A stretch of DNA of 64,000 nucleotides, taken from contig CAWJET010000002.1 in assembly GCA_963842085.1 (NCBI GenBank), forward strand, positions 1,056,001 to 1,120,000, in the 5' to 3' direction. A model generated the notes under the pieces. The model made no database searches, was not told where the DNA came from, and saw only the letters and a program-made list of their open reading frames with translations. This document shows, piece after piece, positions 10,601 through 20,644 of this stretch. Origin of the DNA: an uncultured delta proteobacterium. Lineage in GTDB: Bacteria; Desulfobacterota; Binatia; Binatales; Binataceae. Position 1 is the stretch's first letter. Every line of letters starts with the position of its first letter. Position numbers and translations under genes: made by a program.

Positions 10601-10884
10601 TAGACCTTGAGGATGCCGATGCCGTTGATGGATTCGGATTCGATATGCTCGATGCCGTTGACGGTGGTCGAGTAGGCGCGCTCGGAGATGAAGACCATGC
10701 GGCGCTCGACGTCGAAGGCGGACAGGCCCGGGTAATTCCAGACGACCAGGACGACGGGCAGATCGATGGAGGGGAAGATGTCCACGTTCATGAGGCCGAA
10801 GCTCAGCACTCCGAGCACCAGCATCAGCAGCGACATCACGGCCACGGAGAGCGGCCGGCGAAGCGCGAGGCGGACGATCCACAT
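7699..10884 (-). CDS. RND efflux transporter permease (AcrB/AcrD/AcrF family)
   Basis: 1061 aa; GMLVDDATVEVENI, RLRPIIMTALAMILGMLP and PLGRAVIGG motifs. Confidence 0.95.
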   Translation of the reverse strand: MWIVRLALRRPLSVAVMSLLMLVLGVLSFGLMNVDIFPSIDLPVVLVVWNYPGLSAFDVERRMVFISERAYSTTVNGIEHIESESINGIGILKVYFYPGTDIGASIAQMNAVSETILSILPRGVQPPQIISYNASNVPVAQLNIYSDVLSTAKLFDYGLNFIRIQLFTIPGFSSPAPLGGVQRAVMANLDPTALYANGLSAYDIGNALASTNVVIPSGTAKMGNYEYNVDLNMSVPKVSDFNKLPIKYYNGAPVFLGDVAPVTDSHQPETNVVRFNGQQATYLLVVKHADASTLTVVDAVKKKLPEIRATAPKGLNVMLTFDQSQFVRAALRDVVQEAVTAALLVAIMVLLFLGSPRSMLIVITSIPLSILTAIIGLKLTGQTINTMTLGGIALAVGMLVDDATVEVENIHRNHAMQKPLLVAILDGASQIAGPTFIGTLAICIVFFPVVLLTGVARFLFTPLALAVVFAMLTSYLLSRTLVPTMARLLLPDTHAEHLGTGRWARIVGAFDARFERLKHRYRFALARFIARRNFSLACVAILILSSSAMLLIVGEDFFPRVDAGMMSLHVRMPTGTRVEHSEYMVDSVERAIRTVVPADELEGISDNIGLPLSYDLAFYHTDSIGPQDADVLIQLKANHQPTAMYQQKIRELLARQFPNITAYFQAADIVSQVLNFGLPAAIDAQINGNNLETDYDIALRLQERMRLIPGLSDLRIAEPQDYPTFGVNVDRDKALELGITQQQVASSMLATLSGASLLQPNFWLDPKSGVNYNVVSQAPQHLIDSVATLSNIPLSTPASAAGAQGQAQLLGNLGTITHGWDPAVVAHYTVQRVIDVDAGVQGRDLGSVTSAVQHEIANLGPLPAGTHVVIRGQSQAMHDSFFTLGEGLILAIILVYLLMVANFQSWLEPFIIMMAVPGALAGVLWMLALTGTTINVESLMGAIMAVGVGVANGNLLITFANELREEGYSPLAAAIEAGRIRLRPIIMTALAMILGMLPMALSLGAGSEQNAPLGRAVIGGLLAATMMTLFVVPAVYSIFSRSLIGKHQRDLEIEAITLPGA

Positions 10885-11369
10885 AAGCTGTGCCGAAGAC
10901 CGTGCTTAAGTTCGCGGTCGTGGAAACGGCGACCGAGGGTTACACATAACTAACGAGTGCATTTTTCAAAATAAGGGACAGCGTCGGGCAAGGCAAGTTT
11001 GCGCGGATGAACGGAGCGTCGCAGGGAGTCAGTGGTCGCGGGGCAGGGTGAATGAGCGAGCGCTAGAGGGCACCGGGGCCACGCATTCCCCTTCGCAACG
11101 GCCTGTTGAATCGCGCCTCGACAGCTGACGAGATTGTCTATCTCCGCGAGCACTCCGGTTATTGACGGCACGTAACGCTCGAACCCGCGGGCCGTAGGCG
11201 AGCCCCGCCGTCTCGAAGACCAGCCTGCGAAGTCGGTTCGCGAATAAGCGCTGCGAGCGCATTGTGCTCGGCGAGAGTGCGAGAGAGCGGTGCTAAGCGC
11301 TCGCCTCAAAATACAAAACGGGTAGGCTTAAAATTGGAAGGTCTCCAATCATCGACAAGGAGGTAAACC

Positions 11370-12107
11370 ATGAAGATCGTTATCATCGGTGGTACCGGCC
11401 TGATTGGCTCGAAGACTGTCCCCATTCTGCGCCAAGGCGGTCACGAGGTCGTCGCCGCCTCACCCAAAAGCGGCGTAAACACCATCACCGGCGAGGGGCT
11501 CAAAGAGGCCTTGGCCGGCGTGCAGGTGGTGATCGACCTCGCCAATTCGCCCTCATTTGAAGACAAGGCGGTGCTGGAATTCTTCGAGACCTCCGGCCGC
11601 AACCTTCACGCGGCGGAGGCCGCAGCCGGCGTCCGGCACCATGTCGCGCTATCCATCGTCGGAATCGACCGGACCGACAATGGCTATTTCCGCGCCAAGG
11701 TCGCCCAGGAGAAACTGATCGAGACCTCCGGCATCCCCTACACCATCATCCGCTCGACCCAGTTCCTGGAATTCCTCGGCGGCATCGCTGCTTCAAGTGC
11801 GGATAGAAACACGGTCAGGCTTTCGCCCGGCCTGTTCCAGCCCATCGCGGCGGACGACGTTGCTGCCATCGTCGCCGATGTGGCGCTCGCGGCGCCGCGA
11901 AACGGTATCGTCGAGATCGCTGGCCCTGAACGAGCACCGTTCAACGAAATCGTCGCCTGCTATCTGAAGGCGGTCGGCGACGCGCGCGAGGTCGTGAGGG
12001 ACCCCGAGGCCCGATACTTCGGCGGCCGAGTCGAGGAGCGCTCGCTGGTGCCATTGGGCGAGGCGCGCCTCGGCCGCATCACTTTCGACGAATGGCTCCG
12101 CCGCTGA
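11370..12107 (+). CDS. NmrA-like/atypical SDR NAD(P)-binding oxidoreductase
   Basis: GGTGLIG Rossmann motif, YFRAK; strong AAGGAGGT RBS. Confidence 0.9.
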   Translation: MKIVIIGGTGLIGSKTVPILRQGGHEVVAASPKSGVNTITGEGLKEALAGVQVVIDLANSPSFEDKAVLEFFETSGRNLHAAEAAAGVRHHVALSIVGIDRTDNGYFRAKVAQEKLIETSGIPYTIIRSTQFLEFLGGIAASSADRNTVRLSPGLFQPIAADDVAAIVADVALAAPRNGIVEIAGPERAPFNEIVACYLKAVGDAREVVRDPEARYFGGRVEERSLVPLGEARLGRITFDEWLRR

Positions 12108-12252
12108 GAGCCAGGAGCCTGATCCCGCGTCCGCGCCCCCTGGCGACGCGTGTTCCTCGACGGCTAGGGTGGGGGGCAAGGCGGACAGAGAGGGTACCGC
12201 ACAACATCGCGCAGGGTGCCTCGCGGTTGTGAATTAACGGAGGATCGCGCCA

Positions 12253-13760
12253 ATGCCTGATGGAAGCTCGGCTGAGTCCGCTGGCAAATCCCTCCGCGAA
12301 CCGGCGCCATCTGCACCGACGGCGGAGGCCGATGCGCCAATCGCGCACGCTCCAACTGGAAGCAGTTTCAAAGGCGGCAGTTGTGGATGTGGATTGCCGG
12401 CGGTGTGCTTCTCCTTTTGGCGCTATACGAGGCCATCCCGTGGGCCATCACTGCCTTCAGAACAGAATCGACAGACGACGCCTACGTTAACGAACACGTG
12501 ACGTTTGTGGCGCCGCGGGTGCCTGGTCAAGTCGTGCGTGTGCTGGTGGACGACAACAATCGGGTGCGGAAGGGGGCGCTACTCGTACAGCTTGACAAGG
12601 AGCCGTACCAGGTCAAGGTCGAAATCGCGCAAGCTGCGCTGTCGGTTGCGCAGGCCGGCATTGTCACAGCACAAGCGAAAGTTCGGGGCCTTGAGAGTCT
12701 TGCGCGCAGCCAACGGTTCGATCTGGCAAATGCTGTGCACAACCTCAACAACCAGGTCGCCGACCTGCACTCCAAAGTAGACGCCCTTCAAGCCGCGAAT
12801 GCCACCTTGATCAAGACCCAAGCCGACTTCGGGCGGGAGAAGCAGCTGTACCAACAGCAGGTTATATCAAGACAGGAGTTCGATTCGTTCCAGGAAGCCT
12901 TTTCGGTTGCTCAGGCACAGCAACAGCAGGCTCAGCATGATGTCGCGCAGGTTCGCGCTGAACTTGGGCTGCCACCGACGCCTAAGAACGGCGATGAGCT
13001 GAGCGGCATACCGGCGAATCTCAACCAAAATTATTCGGCGGTCAAGGCTGCCCAGTCGCGACTCATGCAGACTGCGGCCGAGCTCGGGGTTTTTCACTCA
13101 TTCAAGGAGACTCCCGACGAGATGCTCGCCGAGTTCTACAAGCGCGACTCGTCCGGCAATATCGATGCGATCTTCGATGAGATTTCCAAGAATGCACCCG
13201 ACGTCAAGCAGGCTGAGGCCAAGTTAAATGAGGCCCAAGCCAATCTCCATCAGGCCGAGCTGAACCTTTCCTATTGCGATGTCGTGGCCGAGATTGACGG
13301 TGTCGTGACGCGTCGCAGCGTCAACCCAGGCGATCAGGTTATCGCCGGGCAGGGGCTGATGGCGTTGCGATCTCTCACCGATATTTGGGTCGACGCCAAC
13401 TTCAAGGAGACGCAACTGAGGAATCTGCGCATCGGACAACCGGTCGAGCTCGACGTCGACATGTACGGCAGTCACCGGCATTTTCAGGGTCGGGTTTCCG
13501 GATTCACGATGGGAACCGGATCTACGCTGGCGCTATTGCCGGCCGAGAATGCGACCGGAAACTTCGTCAAGGTTGTGCAGCGGCTACCGGTGCGAATCGA
13601 ATTGACCAACTACAATCCTGACGTTGCTCCGCTGTTCATTGGGTTATCGGTCACTCCGTACGTGTACATCTACGAGAAGCCTACCGGTCCGAACGCTGGC
13701 AAGATGCTTCAAGCCTCAGTATCCGCGACTGGTCCAGTTTCTGCGCCCGCCATTCAATGA
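12253..13760 (+). CDS. HlyD/EmrA family secretion protein; probable single-base frameshift near 12370
   Basis: ESTDDAYV, WVDANFKETQL and ENATGNFVKVVQRLPVRI motifs in 12381..13760. RBS GGAGG precedes ATG 12253, which is in another frame. Confidence 0.85.
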
Positions 13761-15364
13761 GTGCCGCAACGCTCCAGGTTCCGCTCGCGAGGCGATCGGT
13801 CAATCCGTGGCTGATAGCGTTTGCTGTGGTAATCCCGACCTTCATGGAGGTTCTGGATACCACCATCGCGAATGTTTCCTTGCGTTATATTGCCGGCGGC
13901 TTGTCGGCTGCCAATGTAGACAGCGAGTGGGTCATCACCACTTACCTCGCATCGAATGCGATCGTCCTGCCGATTTCGGGATGGCTCGCGCTGCGGCTCG
14001 GCAGGCGAAACTATTTCCTGCTCTCGATAGCGATCTTTACGTTGGCGTCCGCGTTGTGCGGAATGGCCGGAAGCCTTGGTTTCATAATCGCATCGCGAGC
14101 GCTTCAGGGTGTGGCGGGCGGCGGTCTCCAACCCTCGAGCCAGGCCGTGCTGCTGGATGCGTTCCCGCAAGAGAAACAGGGTCAGGCGATGACGATCTTT
14201 GGCATGGCTGCACTTCTTGCGCCGGTTGTGGGGCCGACGCTCGGCGGCTATATCACCGACAACTACGGCTGGCGCTGGATCTTCTATCTGAACGTGCCCG
14301 TCGGCCTGTTGGCCTATTTCATGTGCCACGCGCTGGTCGAAGATCCGGAATATCTACAAGTTGAACGGGCCAAGAATCGGAATCGACGCGAACCCTTCGA
14401 TGTGCTCGGCCTCTGTCTGCTAACTGTGACCATGGTTTGCTGGGAGGTGATGCTGAGCAAGGGGCAGGAGTGGGACTGGCTCGGCGATCCGTTCTATCGC
14501 GTGCAGGGGCTGTCGATCCTGTTCTTGCTCGGCTTGGGCGGCTTGATCTATCGCGAATTGCCGCTGCGCAATCCACTAGTGGCGCTCCGGACGATGGCCG
14601 ACCGAAACTTTGGCACCTGCTGCGTTATTATCTTCTGCGCTTACGGAGTACTCTACGCAAACACCATTTCGCTTCCCGCTTTGCTGCAGTCGCTTTTTGG
14701 CTACGACGCAACCACCTCGGGTTTGGTGCTTTCGCCATCGGGGATCTTTGCGATCGTCATGCTCGTCGTCGTGGGCGCCCTGCTGTCGCGCGGGGTCGAT
14801 GCCCGCTATCTAATGGCCGGCGGTCTAATCACGATGGCCATCGGAAACTACTGGATGGCACTCCTCAACCTGGATATCAGTCCGTGGCAGGTGGTTTGGC
14901 CGAGGGTGGTGGTCATCGCCGGACTCTCGATGCTATTCGCGCCACTTAACGTGGCGGCGTTTATCTATCTCCCGAAGGAAATCCGCGGCGCTGCCGTCGG
15001 ATTGCTGGCTTTGCTGCGCAACGAGGGTGGCAGTGTGGGGACCTCTGTCGCCCAAATCATTCAGCAACGACGCGAGCAGTTTCATACCCTGCGGCTGAAT
15101 GAAAGCCTCGATCCCCTGAACCCTCCGGTCAACTCTCTCTTGGCACGGGGCCAGGCATATTTTCTGCCGCACAACGGCGATGCTGTATTGTCACATCAAA
15201 TGGCGTTGGGCGTTCTCGACCAGTCGCGAGCTCAGCAGGCGTCGGCATTGGCTTACTTTGACGTGTTCTCGTTTTCAGCTGCAGTCGCGGTTCTGTTGGT
15301 GGCGTTCGTTCTGCTCATGCGCCGCTCGGTAGCGGAGAAGGGAGCCCACATCGGCGGGGAGTAG
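13757..15364 (+). CDS. DHA2 family (EmrB/QacA) MFS efflux permease
   Basis: FMEVLDTTIANV, GPTLGG..WRWIFYLNVPVG and LLRNEGGSVG motifs; ATGA overlap with the HlyD gene. Confidence 0.92.
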   Translation: MSAATLQVPLARRSVNPWLIAFAVVIPTFMEVLDTTIANVSLRYIAGGLSAANVDSEWVITTYLASNAIVLPISGWLALRLGRRNYFLLSIAIFTLASALCGMAGSLGFIIASRALQGVAGGGLQPSSQAVLLDAFPQEKQGQAMTIFGMAALLAPVVGPTLGGYITDNYGWRWIFYLNVPVGLLAYFMCHALVEDPEYLQVERAKNRNRREPFDVLGLCLLTVTMVCWEVMLSKGQEWDWLGDPFYRVQGLSILFLLGLGGLIYRELPLRNPLVALRTMADRNFGTCCVIIFCAYGVLYANTISLPALLQSLFGYDATTSGLVLSPSGIFAIVMLVVVGALLSRGVDARYLMAGGLITMAIGNYWMALLNLDISPWQVVWPRVVVIAGLSMLFAPLNVAAFIYLPKEIRGAAVGLLALLRNEGGSVGTSVAQIIQQRREQFHTLRLNESLDPLNPPVNSLLARGQAYFLPHNGDAVLSHQMALGVLDQSRAQQASALAYFDVFSFSAAVAVLLVAFVLLMRRSVAEKGAHIGGE

Positions 15365-15456
15365 CTAGTTTCGTTCAGGCCGGCATGACCCACCACCCGC
15401 CGTCATCGGGGGGTGCACCGGTCGCCTTCGGGCGTGATCAGGAACACACTAAAGCC

Positions 15457-15842
15457 ATGACAATCGAACTTCAGATGCTCGCGCTCAGCGCCGCTCTCGG
15501 CTTGGTGCAAATCCTCCTGAGTTCGCACACTGCTAGCTTCCAGTACGGATACCGATGGGCAGCCAGCGCACGCGATCAAGTCCCGCCGCTGACCGGCATT
15601 GCAGCACGGCTCGAACGCGCCCTGCGCAATTTCCTGGAAACCTTTCCGATGTTCGTCGCGGTGATCCTGGTTGCCAACGTCATCGGCGCCACAGCCGCAT
15701 GACCGTGTGGGGCGCGCAACTGTATTTCTGGGGCCGTGTGGCCTATGTGCCGCTATACGCCTTCGGCATCCCGCTGGTCCGTTCGATGGCCTGGAGCGTC
15801 GCGACTGTCGGCATTATCTTTGTCCTGCTCGGCCTGATGTAG
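15457..15842 (+). pseudogene. MAPEG family membrane protein, frameshifted near 15687
   Basis: RLERALRNFLETFP in one frame and WGAQLYFWGRVAYVPLYAFG in another; adding one base at ATCGGCGCCAC restores ...IGRHSRMTVW. Confidence 0.8.
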
Positions 15843-16032
15843 AATGGCCCACATCGGCGGAGAGTAAGCCGGACCGCGTCAGGCGCAGTCCGAACTCACG
15901 CGATTAACCGAAAAGACCGCGCTCTTCCACAGCTCTGGCTAAGTCTACGACCGAAAGACCATAGTCGGTCGGGAATGTTATAACGCCAGACCGCGGCATA
16001 CTCAGCTCGGCGGGAAATTCCGGCTTGGACGT

Positions 16033-16974
16033 TCAGCTTGCCCTGGGAATGAACCCCGGAATGCCCGTGTTCACAACCGGATTGAGCCTGACTCGCGTAG
16101 TGATCCCTTGGGTGATCTCCTCGATGGCGTCATCGGGAAGAGTCGAGATATCAAAATTTTCCTCGATGTAGCGGGCGTTCATAGCTGTGGTGAGAGGAGC
16201 CGTGCCGCGCTGCAGCGCCCAGGCCAGCAGGACTTGAGCGGGGGTTTTGTTGACGCGCTTCGCAATGACGGTGATCACAGGATTGTCGATCAACTTGGGT
16301 TCAATACCATGACCCAAAGCAGCGAAGGCCTGCATCACGATGCCATTCCTCTTGCAGTAGTCGAGCAGATCCCATTCCGGGAGATACGGATGGGATTCGA
16401 CCTGAACAGAAGCTGGCTTTACGCGAGCGATCTCGAACACCTCTTTCAGCTGTCCCAAATTGACGTTCGATAATCCGATCGCCTTGCACCGACCTTCGTC
16501 GACCAGGCTCTCCAAAGCCTTCCAGGTATTCGTCAGAGTCACCCCATCGTCATAAATCACATTGCCATTCTTGTCTCTCGGGTCTTGCTCGTCGCCGGGT
16601 TTGAAAGCGAATGGAGTATGGATGCTGTATAGATCGACATAGTCCAGTTGCAGTCTTTTCAGACTTGCCTCGAAGGCGGGCTTAACGCGTTCGGGGCGAT
16701 GATTGTTGTTCCAGAGCTTCGTACCTACAAAAACGTCCTTCCGTTTGACCTTGCCCTCCTTGAACACCGCCCGCATTGCTTCGCCCACGTGTTCTTCATT
16801 TCGGTAGCGTTCGGCGCAATCGAATTGACGAAAGCCCGTCTCCAGAGAGATCCTAACTGCCTCTTTTGTTGCGATCGGATCAGGAATCAGCGTGCCAAAC
16901 CCGAGCGCCGGAATCTCATCGGAGCCGTTATTGAGCGGTATCTTTGTATAACGAAGGCCGTCGGCGTCACTCAT
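16033..16974 (-). CDS. Aldo/keto reductase
   Basis: LGFGT, DCAERY, TKLWN, IGLSN, QVESHPY and PAQVLLAWALQRG motifs; GGAGGT RBS before ATG 16974. Confidence 0.92.
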   Translation of the reverse strand: MSDADGLRYTKIPLNNGSDEIPALGFGTLIPDPIATKEAVRISLETGFRQFDCAERYRNEEHVGEAMRAVFKEGKVKRKDVFVGTKLWNNNHRPERVKPAFEASLKRLQLDYVDLYSIHTPFAFKPGDEQDPRDKNGNVIYDDGVTLTNTWKALESLVDEGRCKAIGLSNVNLGQLKEVFEIARVKPASVQVESHPYLPEWDLLDYCKRNGIVMQAFAALGHGIEPKLIDNPVITVIAKRVNKTPAQVLLAWALQRGTAPLTTAMNARYIEENFDISTLPDDAIEEITQGITTRVRLNPVVNTGIPGFIPRAS

Positions 16975-17171
16975 AAAACCCTTACCTCCGTACAAATCGT
17001 AGACTGAGTCGATTATAACAAATCTCTCCGAGGAATGACCAATCGTTGCCAGCCAACGAGACTCAGCACGCTCCACGATCGTTGGTCCCGGCCGGGAGCC
17101 TGACGATCGACACGGGAAGGTCTTCGCGCTCCGGATCCGCGATCCTTTTGTTCGATTTCTGCGTCCGTAGA

Positions 17172-18227
17172 CTATGGCACCGGGGCGGCGCCTAGCAGGC
17201 CGGCAGCTTCGTCGTAGCCCAGCATCAGGTTCATGTTCTGTACGGCCTGACCCGAGGCGCCCTTGCCGAGATTGTCGATCGCGGTTATCACGAGCAAAGT
17301 TTCGCTGCGGCGATCGAGGATGAACGCCAACTCACAGAAATTCGTGGCGCGCACGTTGCGCAGCTCGGGCAGCTCACCGGGTTTGAGGATTCGCACGAAG
17401 CGCGACTTCGCGAAGCTCGCCTCGAAGGCGGCGTGAACGTCGCTCTCGGTCGTGCCGGCGCGCGGGCGCATGAAGATCGAGCTCAGCAGACCGCGCGTAA
17501 TCGGCAGCAGGTGCGGCACGAACAGCAGCGCGATGTCGCGCCCGAGCGCGGCGGAGATTTCCTGCTCCATCTCGGGGACGTGGCGATGGTTGCCGACCTT
17601 GTAGGCGCGGAAATTCTCGTTGACCTCGGCGAACAGCTGCTCGATCGACGCGGCGCGGCGCGCGCCGGTCGTGCCCGATTTAGCGTCGATGATTATCGAC
17701 GACGGCTCGATCAGGTCGCGCCTGATGAGCGGCAGCAGCGCGAGCAGCGCGCCGGTTGGAAAGCATCCGGGGGTGGCGACCAGCCGCGCCTCGCGCAGTT
17801 CATGGCGATGGAACTCGCTGAGCCCGTAAACCGCCTCCTTGAGCAGTTGCGGCGCGGGATGCTCGATACCGTAAGTCGTGCGGAACTGCGCCGGATCCTT
17901 GAAGCGGAAATCCGCCGACAGATCGACCACCTTGATCCCCGCCTTGATCAGTTCAGCGGTATGCGCGGTGCCGACCGTCTCGGGCAGGCACGAGATCGCG
18001 ACTTCGGCGCGCCCCTGCACGAGGTCGGGGCGCAATTCCTCGAACGGCGGCAAGTCGATGCCGGCCATGTGACGGTAAACGTCGGCGACCTCGCGTCCGG
18101 CGTAGTGCTCGGACGTGAGCACGCTCAGCTCGACGAACGGATGGCTGGCGAGAATGCGGACCGCCTCGATACCCGAGTATCCGGAGGCGCCAACCACGGC
18201 CACCTTGACCTTGTCGTGCGTAGCCAC
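17172..18227 (-). CDS. argC: N-acetyl-gamma-glutamyl-phosphate reductase
   Basis: GASGYSG, DLSADFR, PGCFPT, HRHVPE and DNLGKGASGQAVQNMN motifs. Confidence 0.96.
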   Translation of the reverse strand: MATHDKVKVAVVGASGYSGIEAVRILASHPFVELSVLTSEHYAGREVADVYRHMAGIDLPPFEELRPDLVQGRAEVAISCLPETVGTAHTAELIKAGIKVVDLSADFRFKDPAQFRTTYGIEHPAPQLLKEAVYGLSEFHRHELREARLVATPGCFPTGALLALLPLIRRDLIEPSSIIIDAKSGTTGARRAASIEQLFAEVNENFRAYKVGNHRHVPEMEQEISAALGRDIALLFVPHLLPITRGLLSSIFMRPRAGTTESDVHAAFEASFAKSRFVRILKPGELPELRNVRATNFCELAFILDRRSETLLVITAIDNLGKGASGQAVQNMNLMLGYDEAAGLLGAAPVP

Positions 18228-18309
18228 TTGGGGAATCTCAATGCTCCTTTGCGAGTTGCGGTAGAAACCACTCAGTTATCATGATCGCGCACGCCGGGCC
18301 AGTTGGCGG

Positions 18310-20535
18310 TTACTTGCTCTCGAACTCGAAGACCATCTCGGTCGGCGGATGGTCGGGGTCGGCGGCCAGTTTGTCGAGGTAAATCTGCACCGGCGTGTCG
18401 TCGGGGCGCGTCTCGCCCAGCCGTTCGAGCTCCCGGCGCGCGGATGACACGTCGCCCGCGCGAATCATGGACAGCGCGTCGCCAAAGAGGCGATAGAACG
18501 AAGGATCGACGCTGTCGTTCTCGCGCCCGGCGACGTGCACGATCGGCACGAACAGCTGTTTCCCTTTGACCTTGACCAGCCCGAGCTCGCGCCCGATGTA
18601 ACCGGCGCCTGCTTCGTTGTAGGTCTGACGGCTGACCAGCAGATGCACCTTGAAGTGACGGGTCAATCCTTCCAGCCGCGAGGCGAAGTTGACCGTGTCG
18701 CCGATGACCGAGTAATCGAAACGGTTTTCGCCGCCGAGGTTGCCGACCACGACGTCGCCGGTCGAAATGCCGATGCCAATGTCGAGATCGGCGAAGCGCG
18801 GATCGCTGGTCTGGAGCTCGTGGAGATTCTCGAGCATCTTGAGCGCGCAATCGATCGCCGCGCGCGACGGATTTTCCAGTTCGTTGGGCGCGCCCCAGAA
18901 CGCCATGATTCCGTCGCCCATCAACTTGTCCACGACTCCGCCGGTCTTGAAAATCACGTCGATCATCGAGGTCATGTAGGTGTTCAGGAGCGCGAGCAGG
19001 TCCTCGGGTTCGGTCTTCTCGGCGCGCTTGGTGAAGCTGACGATATCGGCAAAGAGGATCGCCAGATGACGCTTCTCGCCGCCGAGTTTCAAACCCTCGG
19101 GCGAATCGAGCAGCGAGGTAATGACGTCGGGGTTCAAATAATGCTCGAAGGCGTTGCGCAAGTAGCGCTTTTCGCGTCCTTCGGTGATGTACCGATAGCC
19201 GGCCAGGAACATGTAGATCAGAATCGCGGCGAACATCGGGAAGACGATCCCGATTACCAGACCGTCATCAAGCAGCCGGTGCTGAGCGTAGGCGTAATAG
19301 CCAAGCAGCAGGATTACGCCCAACGCGGCCGACGACATCGCCGACAGCCACGCGACGCCAAGCGACATCGCGATGCCGATCAGGAGCGTGGCGCCCAGCG
19401 CTATTTCCTCGGCCTCGATCGGGCGGCGAAGGAAGTCGCCCTGAAGCATGTTGTCGATCGCGTTGGCGTGGATCTCGACGCGCGGCATATCGGGGTTGAC
19501 CGGCGTCACACCGCGATCGCCGAGCCCGTGAGCGGTCGCGCCGACAAGGACGAGCTTGCCCGCGAGTTTCTCCAGCGCAATCTTGTGATTGATGATGTCC
19601 GAGACGGAGTAGTAAGGGAACGGATCGCCGCCGCGGCGGAAATTCACCAGCATCCGGCCATCGTCGTCAACCGGCAACCGCACACCGGCGACCGACAGGC
19701 CCGACACACCGTCGGGATCGAGGCCCAATACCATCGGCGCCCCGTTGGCGTACGCGTCGGCGACGGCGATGAACAGCGGCACACAGTAGTGGCCGTCGAA
19801 GTGGATGACCGTCATCTCGGTGCGGATTTCACCGTCGGCGTCCGCATCAATGTCGAAGAATCCGGTCGAGTGCGCCGCATCGCTGAGCAGTGCGGTGGGC
19901 GGCTCATACGCCTGCGCCTCGATCAAGTCGTGCGGCCTGCCTGGAGCCTGTCGTATGATTCCGTAGGCCAGCGGCCCGGGCGGTCGAATCTTGTCAAGGT
20001 AACCGACCGTTTTCACCGTTCCCACCCGACTCTTCATATGGTGGGCCTGGAAGGCGTACCCCAGCACGGTCAGGCCCTGCGATTTCATCGCGTTTGCAAA
20101 TGCCTCGTCGTTGCTGGGACCCAGGACCTCGCGGATCGTCTGCCCCGTAAGGCCGAGTTGCGCAAGCTTCTCACTTATATCCCCGCGCGCTACGTCGCTC
20201 TTGTCGGCTTCGCTGAAGATCGCGTCGAATCCGATGACCTTGACCTTGTAGTCGTTGAGCGCGTCGATCAGCCGGGCGAGCACAATCCGCGGCCACGGCC
20301 ATTGCCCGAGTTGCGCGATGCTGCGGTCGTCAATCGTGGCGATCGCGACCATGCCCGAGGCGGGACGCGGAGCGACCGTGTTGATGCGCAGGTCGTACGC
20401 GATCAGATCCATCCGCTCGAATGCTTGGTGGAAGCGGTCGTGGGCGGCGAACATGAAGCCGAGCAGCACGATTCCGAACAGGAAGGTGCGCCACGAGAAT
20501 CTCAGCGCCGTATGTGACGATTTTGCGCTCGCCAT
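18310..20535 (-). CDS. CHASE2-domain membrane adenylate cyclase (class III)
   Basis: CHASE2 motifs IDDRSI, WPWPR, FDAIFSE, VEIHANAI; 3 TM helices; FADIVSFT, DKLMGDG, DYSVIGDTVNFASRLEG (Lys/Asp pair typical of ATP specificity). Confidence 0.93.
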   Translation of the reverse strand: MASAKSSHTALRFSWRTFLFGIVLLGFMFAAHDRFHQAFERMDLIAYDLRINTVAPRPASGMVAIATIDDRSIAQLGQWPWPRIVLARLIDALNDYKVKVIGFDAIFSEADKSDVARGDISEKLAQLGLTGQTIREVLGPSNDEAFANAMKSQGLTVLGYAFQAHHMKSRVGTVKTVGYLDKIRPPGPLAYGIIRQAPGRPHDLIEAQAYEPPTALLSDAAHSTGFFDIDADADGEIRTEMTVIHFDGHYCVPLFIAVADAYANGAPMVLGLDPDGVSGLSVAGVRLPVDDDGRMLVNFRRGGDPFPYYSVSDIINHKIALEKLAGKLVLVGATAHGLGDRGVTPVNPDMPRVEIHANAIDNMLQGDFLRRPIEAEEIALGATLLIGIAMSLGVAWLSAMSSAALGVILLLGYYAYAQHRLLDDGLVIGIVFPMFAAILIYMFLAGYRYITEGREKRYLRNAFEHYLNPDVITSLLDSPEGLKLGGEKRHLAILFADIVSFTKRAEKTEPEDLLALLNTYMTSMIDVIFKTGGVVDKLMGDGIMAFWGAPNELENPSRAAIDCALKMLENLHELQTSDPRFADLDIGIGISTGDVVVGNLGGENRFDYSVIGDTVNFASRLEGLTRHFKVHLLVSRQTYNEAGAGYIGRELGLVKVKGKQLFVPIVHVAGRENDSVDPSFYRLFGDALSMIRAGDVSSARRELERLGETRPDDTPVQIYLDKLAADPDHPPTEMVFEFESK

Positions 20536-20644
20536 CGTTACCGATTCGAGCTTAGCTCGCAGCCGCGTGCGCCGCTAACCGCCCTGGCCGGCGCCGCGAA
20601 CGCCAACCACGCGACGATTGCGGTACCCGCGTCAAACGTCGCGC

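Noticed and set aside
10890-11360. 470-bp intergenic region as ncRNA or gene
   Set aside because: No recognisable RNA motif or credible ORF; it is probably a divergent promoter region or island boundary.
12105-12122. Possible TGA readthrough or selenocysteine at the end of the NmrA-like gene (TGA GAG CCA GGA GCC TGA)
   Set aside because: It would add only 5 non-catalytic residues and no SECIS-like context is evident; a simple terminal stop is more likely.
18535-20517. Long antisense ORFs (e.g. 18535..20517+, 23694..25451+, 25423..27147+, 27927..29405-, 46570..47907+, 51493..52845+)
   Set aside because: They are shadows of well-supported opposite-strand genes in high-GC DNA and carry no family motifs.
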